Below the pieces are notes generated by a model that was not told the DNA's origin, searched no databases, and was given only the letters and a program-made list of their open reading frames with translations. A program made the translations under genes and the position numbers. Below, piece by piece: positions 12,701 through 22,175 of a DNA stretch of 40,089 nt. Source of the DNA: Eremomyces bilateralis CBS 781.70 (taxonomy: Eukaryota); assembly GCA_010015585.1 (NCBI GenBank), contig ML975155.1. One strand, 5' to 3'. How positions within the stretch are numbered: position 1 is the stretch's first letter; every line of letters begins with the position of its first letter.

Positions 12701-14004
12701 AAGTACTAGGACAAAAGTCTGTGCATGCCCCACACCAAAATCAAAACAAGCTGAACAACCACCAATCTTCAACCATCAATATTATCATCAAAATGAGGTC
12801 GTTTGGGCAAGAAATTAGTGGTAATCGACAGAGAAATCGCGAATTAAGCGAACGTCAAAGAGCTGCGATTTTACAGGCCGTTGCGGACGGTAGAACTAAG
12901 GCGGAGGTTGCGGAGGAGCATAATGTCGTTGTTCGCACCGTATACAATACCATCAATCGATGGAACCACCACCACGTCACTGCATCCTTACCCCGTAAGG
13001 GGACCCCCCGAAAACTATCGCGGTCTGACGAACGACATATCGTCAAAATTGCACGTAGATTCCCAAAGATAGAGTATACAGAGCTCCTCGAAAGCGTCGA
13101 ATACCTCCGGATCTCGAAGAGGACTATCTACCGAACCCTTAAGAAATATCACCTTACGAAGTGGCGAGCGAAGGAGAGGCCCCATCTTAGGCCTCATCAC
13201 GTCAAAGACCGGCTCCAATTCGCCCGCGAATTTGTGAGATTCAACTTCTCAAGGACCCACTCTACAGACGAGTGCTCTTATGAGAAAGGGGCCGGCGAAA
13301 AACAGGTTTGGGTATGGCGCCTATATCACGAGGCATACGACCCAAAGATGGTCGAGCCTAAGACCCCTAGCAAGGCGATTTCGCAGATGATTTGGGGCTC
13401 AATCTCGCGTGAAGGGAGGTCGGAGCTGGTGATCATGGACCGCGACGAAGACTCTCTAAGACAGGGCTATTCCGCGAAATCTTACATCGCTGCGTTAGAG
13501 GAGGGGCTGCTCCCTACGTACGAACCCGGGGATGTTGTTATCCAGGATAACGCAAAGATCCACACGGCCAAAATCACCCAGGAATGGCTGGAGATTCACG
13601 GCATCCGGGTCATCGATTGGCCAGCCAATTCTCCGGACCTCAACCCTATAGAACACATGTGGCATGTGCTGAAAACGATGGTCAAGAAGCTCCACCCTGA
13701 ACTAATGCGAATGGGGGCATCAGATGAGACACGGGAGGTAATGAATAAGGCGTTAAAGGAGGCGTGGTGGGCGATCCCTCAGGAGAAGATCCGGGCACTG
13801 ATTGACTCAATTCCGCGACGTTTACAAGCGGTGATCAAGGCAAAGGGCTGGCATACGAAATACTAGGCTAGTACTAATTAGGCAATCAAAAAAGCATACA
13901 CTGATCGCTTCCTCTGCGGTTTTGAGCGTATCTCACGATGGGGGTGGTGGTGGTGGTGAAATCACGTGGTTGACGACCATGCACAGACTTTTGTCCTGTC
14001 AGTG
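12701..14004 (+). mobile_element. Tc1/mariner DNA transposon (DD34E), full length, TA target duplication
   Basis: 20-bp perfect inverted core AGGACAAAAGTCTGTGCATG at 12708-12727 and 13978-13997; outer 7 bp of the 27-bp ends diverged; TA at 12699-12700 and 14005-14006; internal transposase ORF. Confidence 0.9.
12793..13866 (+). CDS. Tc1-type transposase (HTH + DDE, DD34E), intact ORF of 357 aa
   Basis: N-terminal HTH, catalytic STDE, QDNAKIH and WPANSPDLNPIEHMW with 34 residues between D2 and E; C-terminal RRLQAVIKAKGWHTKY. Confidence 0.92.
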   Translation: MRSFGQEISGNRQRNRELSERQRAAILQAVADGRTKAEVAEEHNVVVRTVYNTINRWNHHHVTASLPRKGTPRKLSRSDERHIVKIARRFPKIEYTELLESVEYLRISKRTIYRTLKKYHLTKWRAKERPHLRPHHVKDRLQFAREFVRFNFSRTHSTDECSYEKGAGEKQVWVWRLYHEAYDPKMVEPKTPSKAISQMIWGSISREGRSELVIMDRDEDSLRQGYSAKSYIAALEEGLLPTYEPGDVVIQDNAKIHTAKITQEWLEIHGIRVIDWPANSPDLNPIEHMWHVLKTMVKKLHPELMRMGASDETREVMNKALKEAWWAIPQEKIRALIDSIPRRLQAVIKAKGWHTKY

Positions 14005-14173
14005 TATAGACAGCAAATGTCACCTGTTACCTCCTCCTCTGCGTGATGGAACACCCGCTGTGCCGGAACGAAATCGATGTACTTTGACGTCAACCCTACT
14101 CAGAGGCCCCACACATATTGTAATCCTCATAATATTATATAAATTGCGCTCATCAGCCACTTCTAAACATGCA

Positions 14174-14357
14174 TGTCGGAAATCCGCGGCTATTACTTAG
14201 TCACCACACCTTGTAGATTACATAAGATTACATAAGCCTGGGTATATATACCCGTCAAGGTAAACTATGTACTTCTGACCGAATAGAAGCATCTCACTGC
14301 CTCTGAACAGGTGTCCTATTGTTTCCGTGATTGACTGACACGCCAAAACGATCCACA
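14174..14357. mobile_element. LTR-like sequence A (184 bp)
   Basis: TGTCGGA...TCCACA termini, internal TATATATA; abuts and truncates the RNase H relic exactly at AECN; no matching 5-bp TSD. Confidence 0.55.
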
Positions 14358-15150
14358 GTTACACTCTGCTGGGGTAAGCTTCCGAGAAGAGAACCCCACA
14401 GGTCGCAGCATCCCTTGGTCATCTTACTGATAGACTGCGCCGCCAAGGGCCCAGCCGGAACAATCGCAATCAAGAATGGTTTCTTTGCCATCCTCCCACA
14501 TCTTCAGCAGCGGTGCTTTCGTAAAGGCCTCCTTCAGGAGCTCGAAACTTCGTGTAGCTCCTTCGTCCATCTCGAATGGCGTTTCTTGCTTTGACTTCTT
14601 GGTTAGGGCGTTTAGGGCTAGTGCTAACTCGGAGTAATCCTTTATAAAACCTCTGTAAAAGTTGGCAAAACCCAAGAACCCCCGAAGACCCCGGAGGGTA
14701 GTAGGCGGAGCCCAGTTCATGATCGCTGAGACCTTCTCAGGGTCCATAGAGATACCTTTTTCTGCTTCGATGATAAAACCCAAGTACTTGATTCGTTTCA
14801 CGAAGAACTCGCACTTCGAAATGTCGATCTGTAGCCCTGCATCTCGTAGAAGTTGAAGGACTTGACGGACTTATTGCTTATGCTCTGCGAGCGATCCATC
14901 CGTTGAAACGTGCTGGGTGCGTTTGCTAAACCGAATGGTGTAACTAGCCATTCAAACAAGCCGTAGCGGGTCCGAAAGGCTGTTTTCCATTCGTCTCCAT
15001 GGGCTATCCGAATCTTGTTAAACGCAGCGATGACATCAAGTTTCGTGAACCATTTTGCTTGGCTAACTTGGCTCAAAGTCTCTTTAATCAAAGGTAAAGG
15101 GTAACGGTCCTTGCTTGTCATCTCGATGATCCCTCGATAATCAACACAGA
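14358..15150 (-). pseudogene. Ty3/Gypsy pol relic (reverse transcriptase + partial RNase H)
   Basis: [106 protein letters not shown]. The YxDD segment is deleted near 14900 with a frameshift; in-frame TAA stops. Confidence 0.93.
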
Positions 15151-15383
15151 TGTTATGGTCCCAGGCCTGCGGCCTGTTCCCTTGGTTGTGGCTGAAGACG
15201 TGGCTGGTGGATTATATCAGAGAAGCAAACAAACATGGTAACACAGCAGTAGGGCATTGGAGAGGAGAGTCGCTATCTCGCGCACAAAGGTGCCGGGAGA
15301 TTTCTTCTCTCTCTCTCTCTCTCTTCAGTTTAGATTAATGGAACTTGGTAATCGCAGACCTTGCGCATCCAGACCGTGTCACA
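15151..15383. mobile_element. LTR-like sequence B (233 bp) with (CT)n tract
   Basis: TGTTATGGTC...GACCGTGTCACA termini; directly abuts the RT relic; not similar to LTR A; no TSD match. Confidence 0.55.
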
Positions 15384-15780
15384 TTATTCGTAATTATTCG
15401 TAATTATTCGTAATTATTCGTCTATCTCTGAAGCTATTTCCATGTATCTCGCATCGGAGAGATGGTCGACAGAGAGCTTTGAGCTGGGGTCACTTGGCTT
15501 GCTGAATCGTCAGGACTCAGGAGTGATCAATTCGACGCTATTGATATGTTTTGTATCTCTTAGAGCTCAAATCCTCCAGATCGTGTTCGGGTAAACAAAA
15601 GTCGCGACTGCTGGGCATTCATTCATTGGCTCGGCTTTTGCCGAATAAGTCTTGGCATTATTTACGAATATTCGCGAATAATACGAATAAAGCGTCTCAA
15701 AACTTAGTCGAATACGAATAATCGTTCAAGAGGAAAAGTCGAATACGAATAGCCAAATTCCTTATTCGTGTCCAGCCCTA
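15384..15780 (-). mobile_element. Truncated non-autonomous hAT-like element end with ATTCG/CGAAT subterminal repeats
   Basis: Reverse complement begins TAGGGCTGGACACGAATAAGG (hAT-like TAGGG terminus) at 15780; nearly four tandem TTATTCGTAA units at 15384-15421 and many CGAATA copies at 15640-15770; the other end is missing. Confidence 0.55.
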
Positions 15781-16603
15781 ACCCTGACGGGACCCGGATA
15801 GCACGTTAAATTGAAATATTATTATTAAATATTTGTCACGATATTGTTAGAACATCAATCTAGGGAGTTTTCTGCGTATGTAGTTGGCTGCAGGTACGGA
15901 TAAACTTCGGCATAGATAGCAACTTTCGTGGTTGCTCCTGGTTTCCGTTTGGGTTTAGCCCTATGATGAGGTTGAAACTTACCCGAAATTCCTCCGTACA
16001 TGCGGTCAATTGTGAGCCCGGGTTTCACACCTGTCCCCAGGTCCAAGGATGACTGCTGTCAAGCGAACATGATCATCCACTAAACCTTACGGGATATATT
16101 AAAGTTATATTCGGGAACATTAGGGTAAATCTCGGTAAGATATGCCCTATCTTCCTTAAATTCAATGCTCTTGCTTCTGCACCTGAGTCTCTCGACTCCC
16201 TTGCCACGTTCTCCACAACTAAACACGGTTTCTCTGATCGCCTAAGATCTAGTTCGCTCGCGGACTAACCTCTTTGGTACTATATTCTGATCGCTTGGCT
16301 TACAATTTGGGTTCCAACAAAGTTGACGTAGGATCACCAAGCACAGCTTCTCCACATCGAATTGCTATACCGAAAACGCGACGACGTTGCTAAGACCTTT
16401 AGCTGAAATTAACGCAATATTAAGGTCGTTGGTCTAGCCAAGATGGACTCGTGTGATCTGGTTATTATTCCGGAATCAAATCGGATATAAAATGACCTTC
16501 CGAATCAGAATCATGCTTCCTCTATTTCTATAGTCTCCTCAACAAACCTCTTAGGCTACTACAGCTCACGGTTCCGTTATTTCACTTCGTCTATCCTTTC
16601 AAA

Positions 16604-17687
16604 ATGCAGTCAGTAACACTCCTTCTCAGTCTTTTGGCCGTCGCCACTGAGGCTGCCCCTCAGTTTGGTGGGCTTGGTGGTGGATCAGGCGGCTCCAGTG
16701 GCGGAGGACTTGGTGGGTTGTTGGGCGGTGGCGGCGGCGGCGGACTCGGTGGGTTGTTGGGCAATCTGTTGGGCGGTCTTTTGGGCGGTTCCGGCGGATT
16801 CGCTTCTTTGGGAGAACCTAGCACTGGTGGCAGTGGCCCGTATCCAGCGGTGAGTGTCCCTCCAGCAAGCCACGGAAAACAAACATGAACTGATCATTTT
16901 AGAATTTCTCAACGGACCCAGGTCTACCTAAACACACCATCTATCTTCCAAACGAGATTCCCGCAGATCTGAAGCTGCCTGTTCTCGTTTGGGGAAATGG
17001 AGGTTGTATGGCCGACGGTACCGGGTTCCAAGGGGCTCTAACCGAATGGGCTTCCCACGGCTTCCTGGTTATTGCCAATGGCAGTCCAGGCGGCTCCGGC
17101 CAGACTACTTCGGACATGTTACTCCAATCGATCGAGTTTGTTACTCAGAACGCCGGTAACGGGAAATACGCCAATATTGATGCGAGCCGAATTGCTGCTG
17201 CGGGACAGAGCTGCGGTGGTCTCGAGGCATACGATGTCGCCCCCGATCCTCGCGTTTCGGCTATTGGGATTTTTAACTCTGGAGAATTCACAGACTCAGC
17301 ATCACAACAAACGATCGCTCAACTGCAGCAGCCCGTCTTCTATTTCCTTGGTGGTCCAGACGATATCGCCTATGAAAACGTACGTTTTTCGGCCCTATAT
17401 CCGCAGCTCGCAGTCAGTCGATGCTAATCTATTATTAGGGCGAACGTGATTTTCAAAATCTGCCCAGCAATATTCCATCATGGAAAGGCAACCTCCCTGT
17501 TGGCCATATGTCAACCTTTATGGATAAGGACGCTGGCAAAGTCGGGGTTGCGGGCGGCAACTGGTTGAAGTGGTTACTGAAAGGTGATCAAGAAGCAGCG
17601 CAATGGTTCACTAGCGGCTCTGCCCAACAAGCAGGGTGGGACGTAGAGGAGAAGAACTTGCAAAGTATCCAGGTTACACCTATTTAA
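16604..17687 (+). CDS. Secreted alpha/beta-fold serine hydrolase (esterase, chlorophyllase/cutinase-like) with Gly/Leu-rich N-terminal segment
   Basis: Signal peptide MQSVTLLLSLLAVATEA, GGLGGLLG repeats, PVLVWGNGGC, WASHGFLVIA, nucleophile elbow GQSCGG, candidate Asp (GGPDDIAY) and His (VGH). Introns 16850-16902 and 17380-17438; stop TAA 17685-17687. Confidence 0.88.
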
Positions 17688-18165
17688 ACTCAACGCGAAG
17701 AGTCAGGGGCCGGAGCTAGGGTTTTGAACGATTCCTGTAACTACCTAAGTTAGTCTTTCTCAAAAAAAAAGTGTACCAGGAAGGAAACTCACACCATGAA
17801 GGCTTTGATTCAAATTTCCATCGCCCCAATGTGCTGACGAACAACCCATCAACCGATCTCTAGAGCCAAGATTCTCTTAACTATCAGCGCTCTGCCTTGA
17901 GCATTTGGCTACATTGGCCTAATTTCCATAGTTTGGCATGCCTAACAATGGATGTGAAGTAAGAAATGACGGAATAAGTAGAGACTAGATGGCATTACCG
18001 TTAACCGTATGCATGCTACCCGTTGAAACAAAACATCGCAAAGTATATCGTAAACTCCACCAATGCGTCATATCGTCCTCGCATCATAGTGCTGGCTCAA
18101 TTTGTTTTATTAACAGAGAGGTGGACGTTCTATTCCCTCAGAAGCGCAGCTCACAAGCGGATGAA

Positions 18166-19740
18166 ATGGAAGAAGACTGGATTGGGAGTTCATTCGAAGC
18201 GATAGACAAATCGCTTCTGGGAGAGGAAATGGTTTTAGGGATGGCACCATCTCAAATGTCCATGGAGTCCGCATATCCCTTCCAGTGCTTCGCCCTACTC
18301 TAACGAAAATGGGAGCCGACTACGGTGCTATGGACGACGACCTTTCAGTAGCGGACCATACGCGACTGCTATTTGAGAGCATCGTTCAATCTACCGAAGC
18401 GGCCGAATCTAGCAACCAGCAACCTTCAGGTAATTATGGCCTTGCTGCGCTCTAGAATAGGCATGACCCGGACTAACAGGTTTGTACAGAGCAAACGGAT
18501 GGCATCGCCGATGAAAACCACGACCTTGAAATCAATCTGTCGTCCCTTGAACAAAGGAAGCGGAACCGTTCCTCCTCCTGCACTACCCCATCCACCGATC
18601 TCGGTGCTGCGCCCGGCGCTAGTCCGTCGCCGCTGTCCACGATGCTGGGCTTGACTGTTCAGGGCGGCGCGAGACTCCACCCATATATCATCGTGTAGGG
18701 AAGGAACGACCGGGCTCTGCCGATGCCGAGACATCTCCCCAAGACGGCGATAAGAGCGGCGCAGCGGATAATAAAGGAAGTGCGCGAAGCGAGCACATAA
18801 ACCGCGACCGCTCTAGCAACCGTGGGCTGACCAGCACTGGCCTACGACCGGCCTCGTCTCCCCGTGTAATAAGAGCGTACTAGCGACGCGAGACCAACGA
18901 TCCGATTCGCGAGCATAGCCAGCTAGGAGACACTGCTCATTATGGTCGTGGCTGTGGCGGTGACACAGACGAAGAGCATGCCGTGGATAACAACTATAGA
19001 ACAACGTCGCCGAGACCGCCACTGGCGCGAAGGAATCGAGGCAAGATCCAGCTCAGAGGTCGACCGTTCCAGTCGGATGCTGGGAGGAACATACCCACGC
19101 TCGCACGGGATCAGCGGATTCCACGCTGCTTGAGTAGCCCGCATCCCGACTCCTCAGCAGCCAGAGGCGACGATCGAGGCCCTTGGTACAGTCACGAGAG
19201 CGTACCTTTTGCCATGGCCCGGCACAATATAACCGACACTTCTCTTCGTCCAACGGCGGGGGACACTTTCCTAGCAGCTACGATCAAGATCGATAGCAGC
19301 ACCAAGGCGATTTCTTGCGGCACGTTACTCACGCTTCTCGAGAGAATCCTAGGCCATACAACGAAAGTACAAGACATGACGCTCAAACCGCTCTTAGAAG
19401 GCCAATGGCTGCTGACCGGTTTCCTGTGCAGACCTTGCATCAATGTCGGCGCCACCACGCAGCGCGAGACCACGCCAAACTGGCGAAGGAGTGCTGCCTC
19501 GGGGGCCGCCATTCCAGTGGCCCGATTTCCTGACTCGGAAGATGACGGTAGCGTCGGCGGGAACGATAGTAGCGTCAGTGACTATGGTATCGACGACGAT
19601 AATTACATCGATCAGGGCGTACATGGGCGAAGGAATCGGCGCTGGGAGCCTTTGGAGGATGAGCGCTTGCGGGCGTACAGAGTAGAGGGAAAGTCATGGG
19701 AGTGGATCTCGAAACAGTTCCCGGGTAGGACGCCGGTCGC
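18166..19740 (+). pseudogene. Degenerate gene ending in a truncated Myb/SANT domain
   Basis: ORF 18983-19816 contains an acidic tract then RRWEPLEDERLRAYRVEGKSWEWISKQFPGRTP (Myb/SANT helices) but lacks the final recognition helix. Upstream frames are broken, with a putative intron at 18429-18479. The 5' boundary is uncertain. Confidence 0.55.
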
Positions 19741-20071
19741 CGGACGCCGTTTGTATCCACTGGCACTAGGGTGGTTGAATTTCAGTAATTTATATATATT
19801 TCTTCGGGGCTGGTGAGGTTTGGCTGGTGAGATTTTCCCCCCCCGCTTTTGAGATTTTGCCCCCCAGCCGCGGGCAAAAAGGCGCAAAAGCTGTAATTTT
19901 CGTACCGCGTTGTGATTGGAGTCTATTAGTACGCTAACTTGGCGCCACCAAGCCCCTCCCGGCGCTAAAAAGGAATGAACCAGATGGACCGTGTATGGGA
20001 TAAGGTTTCTACAGGCTTCTATAAGAATTACGATATGCATAGAGCCTCTGAGTGGGTATGAGGTCAAAGTA

Positions 20072-21621
20072 CGGAGGACCCCTTCAAAAGTTCTTGCCCA
20101 CGCCAAGACCCCGTAATAAAACCATTCCTAATTAGGATACATGTACTAATGGCTAAGTCCTCCCCATTCGCGTTATCTCAGTCCTTTCTCGTATGGTCTC
20201 TCCCTTCCTTATACTCGTTCCCTCCTTCTAGCTCAATTATCTGTTGAATATGTCGTGGAATCCGCTCAATCCAAGCCTGTACCTTCTCCTGCGGGAGTCC
20301 TTCCCAGCAAGCTTCCCAGGCTTTAATGGCTTCATGCCTATTCTTTGGAGCACCTTTTCTTGTCGTCGCTCTCTTCATGTATGGCCAACATGGCTCGATA
20401 GCATTTAGATCTAGGGAATTCCCGCACCAAAGAAGTCGCTGTACTCCGTACAAATCGTATACTCGTTGCTGTGCATGATGGGCGTGCGACGGAGCTTTAT
20501 CCTCTTGAACAATCGTGTCTGGCCGATCCTTCTGACATTCCTCTACGAAAGGAAATAGCTTCGGAATTAATATCTTTGTCTGATATCGATACCAGTCGAT
20601 TCCTTCTCCTTTCCGTCGAACTAGTTTCCCTGTCTTCTGCGTCCATTTCCAGATTGGCTTTCTGCCAGAGGGATTCCGGAGTCCCATCCTCCTCATACCG
20701 GTCTCAAGTTCCCACTGGTCTCGACGAATAGGTTCAAGCAAGTCGTTCATCTCTTCTAATACCTTTTCCGCGTCGATTTTCTCCTGTTTCGTTTCCGGCA
20801 TCCAGCAATGGCAAGGGCCTTTCTTATCATACGTAAAGCAGGCCCAGAACATAAATTCTGTATATCCTTTCCAACGCTCCCGGATACAGGTCTTTGCAAG
20901 CGCTTCGTCTTTCGTCCTCCATACTCGATAACTACCTCTCCGGTGGAGTAATACGATAGCTGTCTCGTCACTCCAAATAACGTTTTTCCAATCTTCCAGT
21001 GTCCAATGCTCGTGCTCTTTCGCAAACTTCAACCATTCAGCTTTCATCTTCTTCGTCAATCCAGGCTTCCTCGTCGGCTTCGTCTTGTTGAAGCCGGCTT
21101 TCTTGAGCACTCTCCAGATGGTAGACTCGGAGACAATCCAACCGCCTCTACAAAGCTCGCCCGCGATATCAGCGCAAGTCTTCTCCCTTCCATATCGATC
21201 CTGACGCACTTTGGTAAGAACGGTATTCGATAGCTCCTCCGTCTGTTTTTGGGGCCGGCCGGGACGGGGTGCATCTTCTAGCCATTCGTCTCTAATATGC
21301 AGAGGCAGATGATTAGGGTCAAATCCCCGCTCAATTGCACGGGCATAAATAGCATTAATTGTACGCTTTGGAAGACCCGTTTTTTCAGCGATTTCAGCTG
21401 TTGTTTTTCCCCCAATAGGTGACTTAAGAGTAACAATAAGCGCCCGTGTTGCGATGTCAGTATTTGAAGGCATTTCGTAACGTGAGAGAGACTTCATAAG
21501 ATTCAAAATAGGAGCGATGAAGGACAGATTCGATGTACTTAGGATTCCTCGGCTGGTATTGTGGGACTGCCAAGAAAGTGGCGTATTTAGCGTGGGCAAG
21601 AACTTTTGAAGGGGACTTCCG
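20072..21621 (-). mobile_element. Tc1/mariner DNA transposon (DD34E), full length 1550 bp, TA target duplication
   Basis: 32-bp TIRs CGGAGGACCCCTTCAAAAGTTCTTGCCCACGC and CGGAAGTCCCCTTCAAAAGTTCTTGCCCACGC (2 mismatches); TA at 20070-20071 and 21622-21623. Confidence 0.93.
20178..21473 (-). CDS. Tc1-type transposase (431 aa, DD34E) with an insertion in the catalytic domain
   Basis: Start taken at MPSNTDIATRAL; HTH motifs, WKNVIWSDET, QEDKAPSH and NSLDLNAIEPCW (34 residues between D and E). Confidence 0.9.
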   Translation of the reverse strand: MPSNTDIATRALIVTLKSPIGGKTTAEIAEKTGLPKRTINAIYARAIERGFDPNHLPLHIRDEWLEDAPRPGRPQKQTEELSNTVLTKVRQDRYGREKTCADIAGELCRGGWIVSESTIWRVLKKAGFNKTKPTRKPGLTKKMKAEWLKFAKEHEHWTLEDWKNVIWSDETAIVLLHRRGSYRVWRTKDEALAKTCIRERWKGYTEFMFWACFTYDKKGPCHCWMPETKQEKIDAEKVLEEMNDLLEPIRRDQWELETGMRRMGLRNPSGRKPIWKWTQKTGKLVRRKGEGIDWYRYQTKILIPKLFPFVEECQKDRPDTIVQEDKAPSHAHHAQQRVYDLYGVQRLLWCGNSLDLNAIEPCWPYMKRATTRKGAPKNRHEAIKAWEACWEGLPQEKVQAWIERIPRHIQQIIELEGGNEYKEGRDHTRKD

Positions 21622-21666
21622 TACCTCGAATTCGTTCCAGCACGGCGGGTGTTCCATCGCGTAGGG

Positions 21667-21854
21667 TGTTACGGCACGGTAGCTGGATGCACACAACATA
21701 CACGTAGCCAAAGATATTCTAGATTAAGCTAAAGAAGAGAACAAGAAAGGGAAGCTTTCTTGTTTACATCGGAGAGGTTGGACTCTGATTTATCCTTAAC
21801 CTAATCAGGCTTAGGCTCTCAGCCTGAGCCAACCAAGGGTTTCAACCCATAACA
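21667..21854. mobile_element. Solo LTR copy 1 (188 bp), TSD TAGGG
   Basis: TGTTACGG...CCATAACA termini flanked by TAGGG on both sides; near-identical copy at 28045-28232. Confidence 0.93.
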
Positions 21855-22175
21855 TAGGGAGGGGGTCTACATAATATCAAAGTGCTCAATACGGTTAGAT
21901 CTTGTCTTAATAGCGGCTCCTTAGCATCGATTTGTTTTCGGCTCACTTTCCATCATTCCCCCCTAAACAACGGCGACGCTTCTCATTGGCTGCGTCTACG
22001 ACGCGTTTCTGCGCGATGCCATCACAAGTTTTGGGAGAAACATCTGCATCATAACTTTACGTTGTTGTATTCGCATGTGTAAGACAACGGAAAGCTACTG
22101 TGGTTTAGCTTGTTTTTGAGAATTGCAAAGAGAACCCATTCTAGGCATCCAACGTTCCCTCCTTGCATCACAACC

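Noticed and set aside
15384..15421. CRISPR-like or telomeric array
   Set aside because: The 10-bp units are contiguous with no spacers in a eukaryotic context; the CCCTAACCCTG at 15776-15786 is too short to be telomeric.
22110..22175. Extended N-termini from non-ATG starts in the ORF track (also 12691 and 21599)
   Set aside because: Eukaryotic genes; downstream ATGs fit better, and the transposase extensions run into or past the TIRs.
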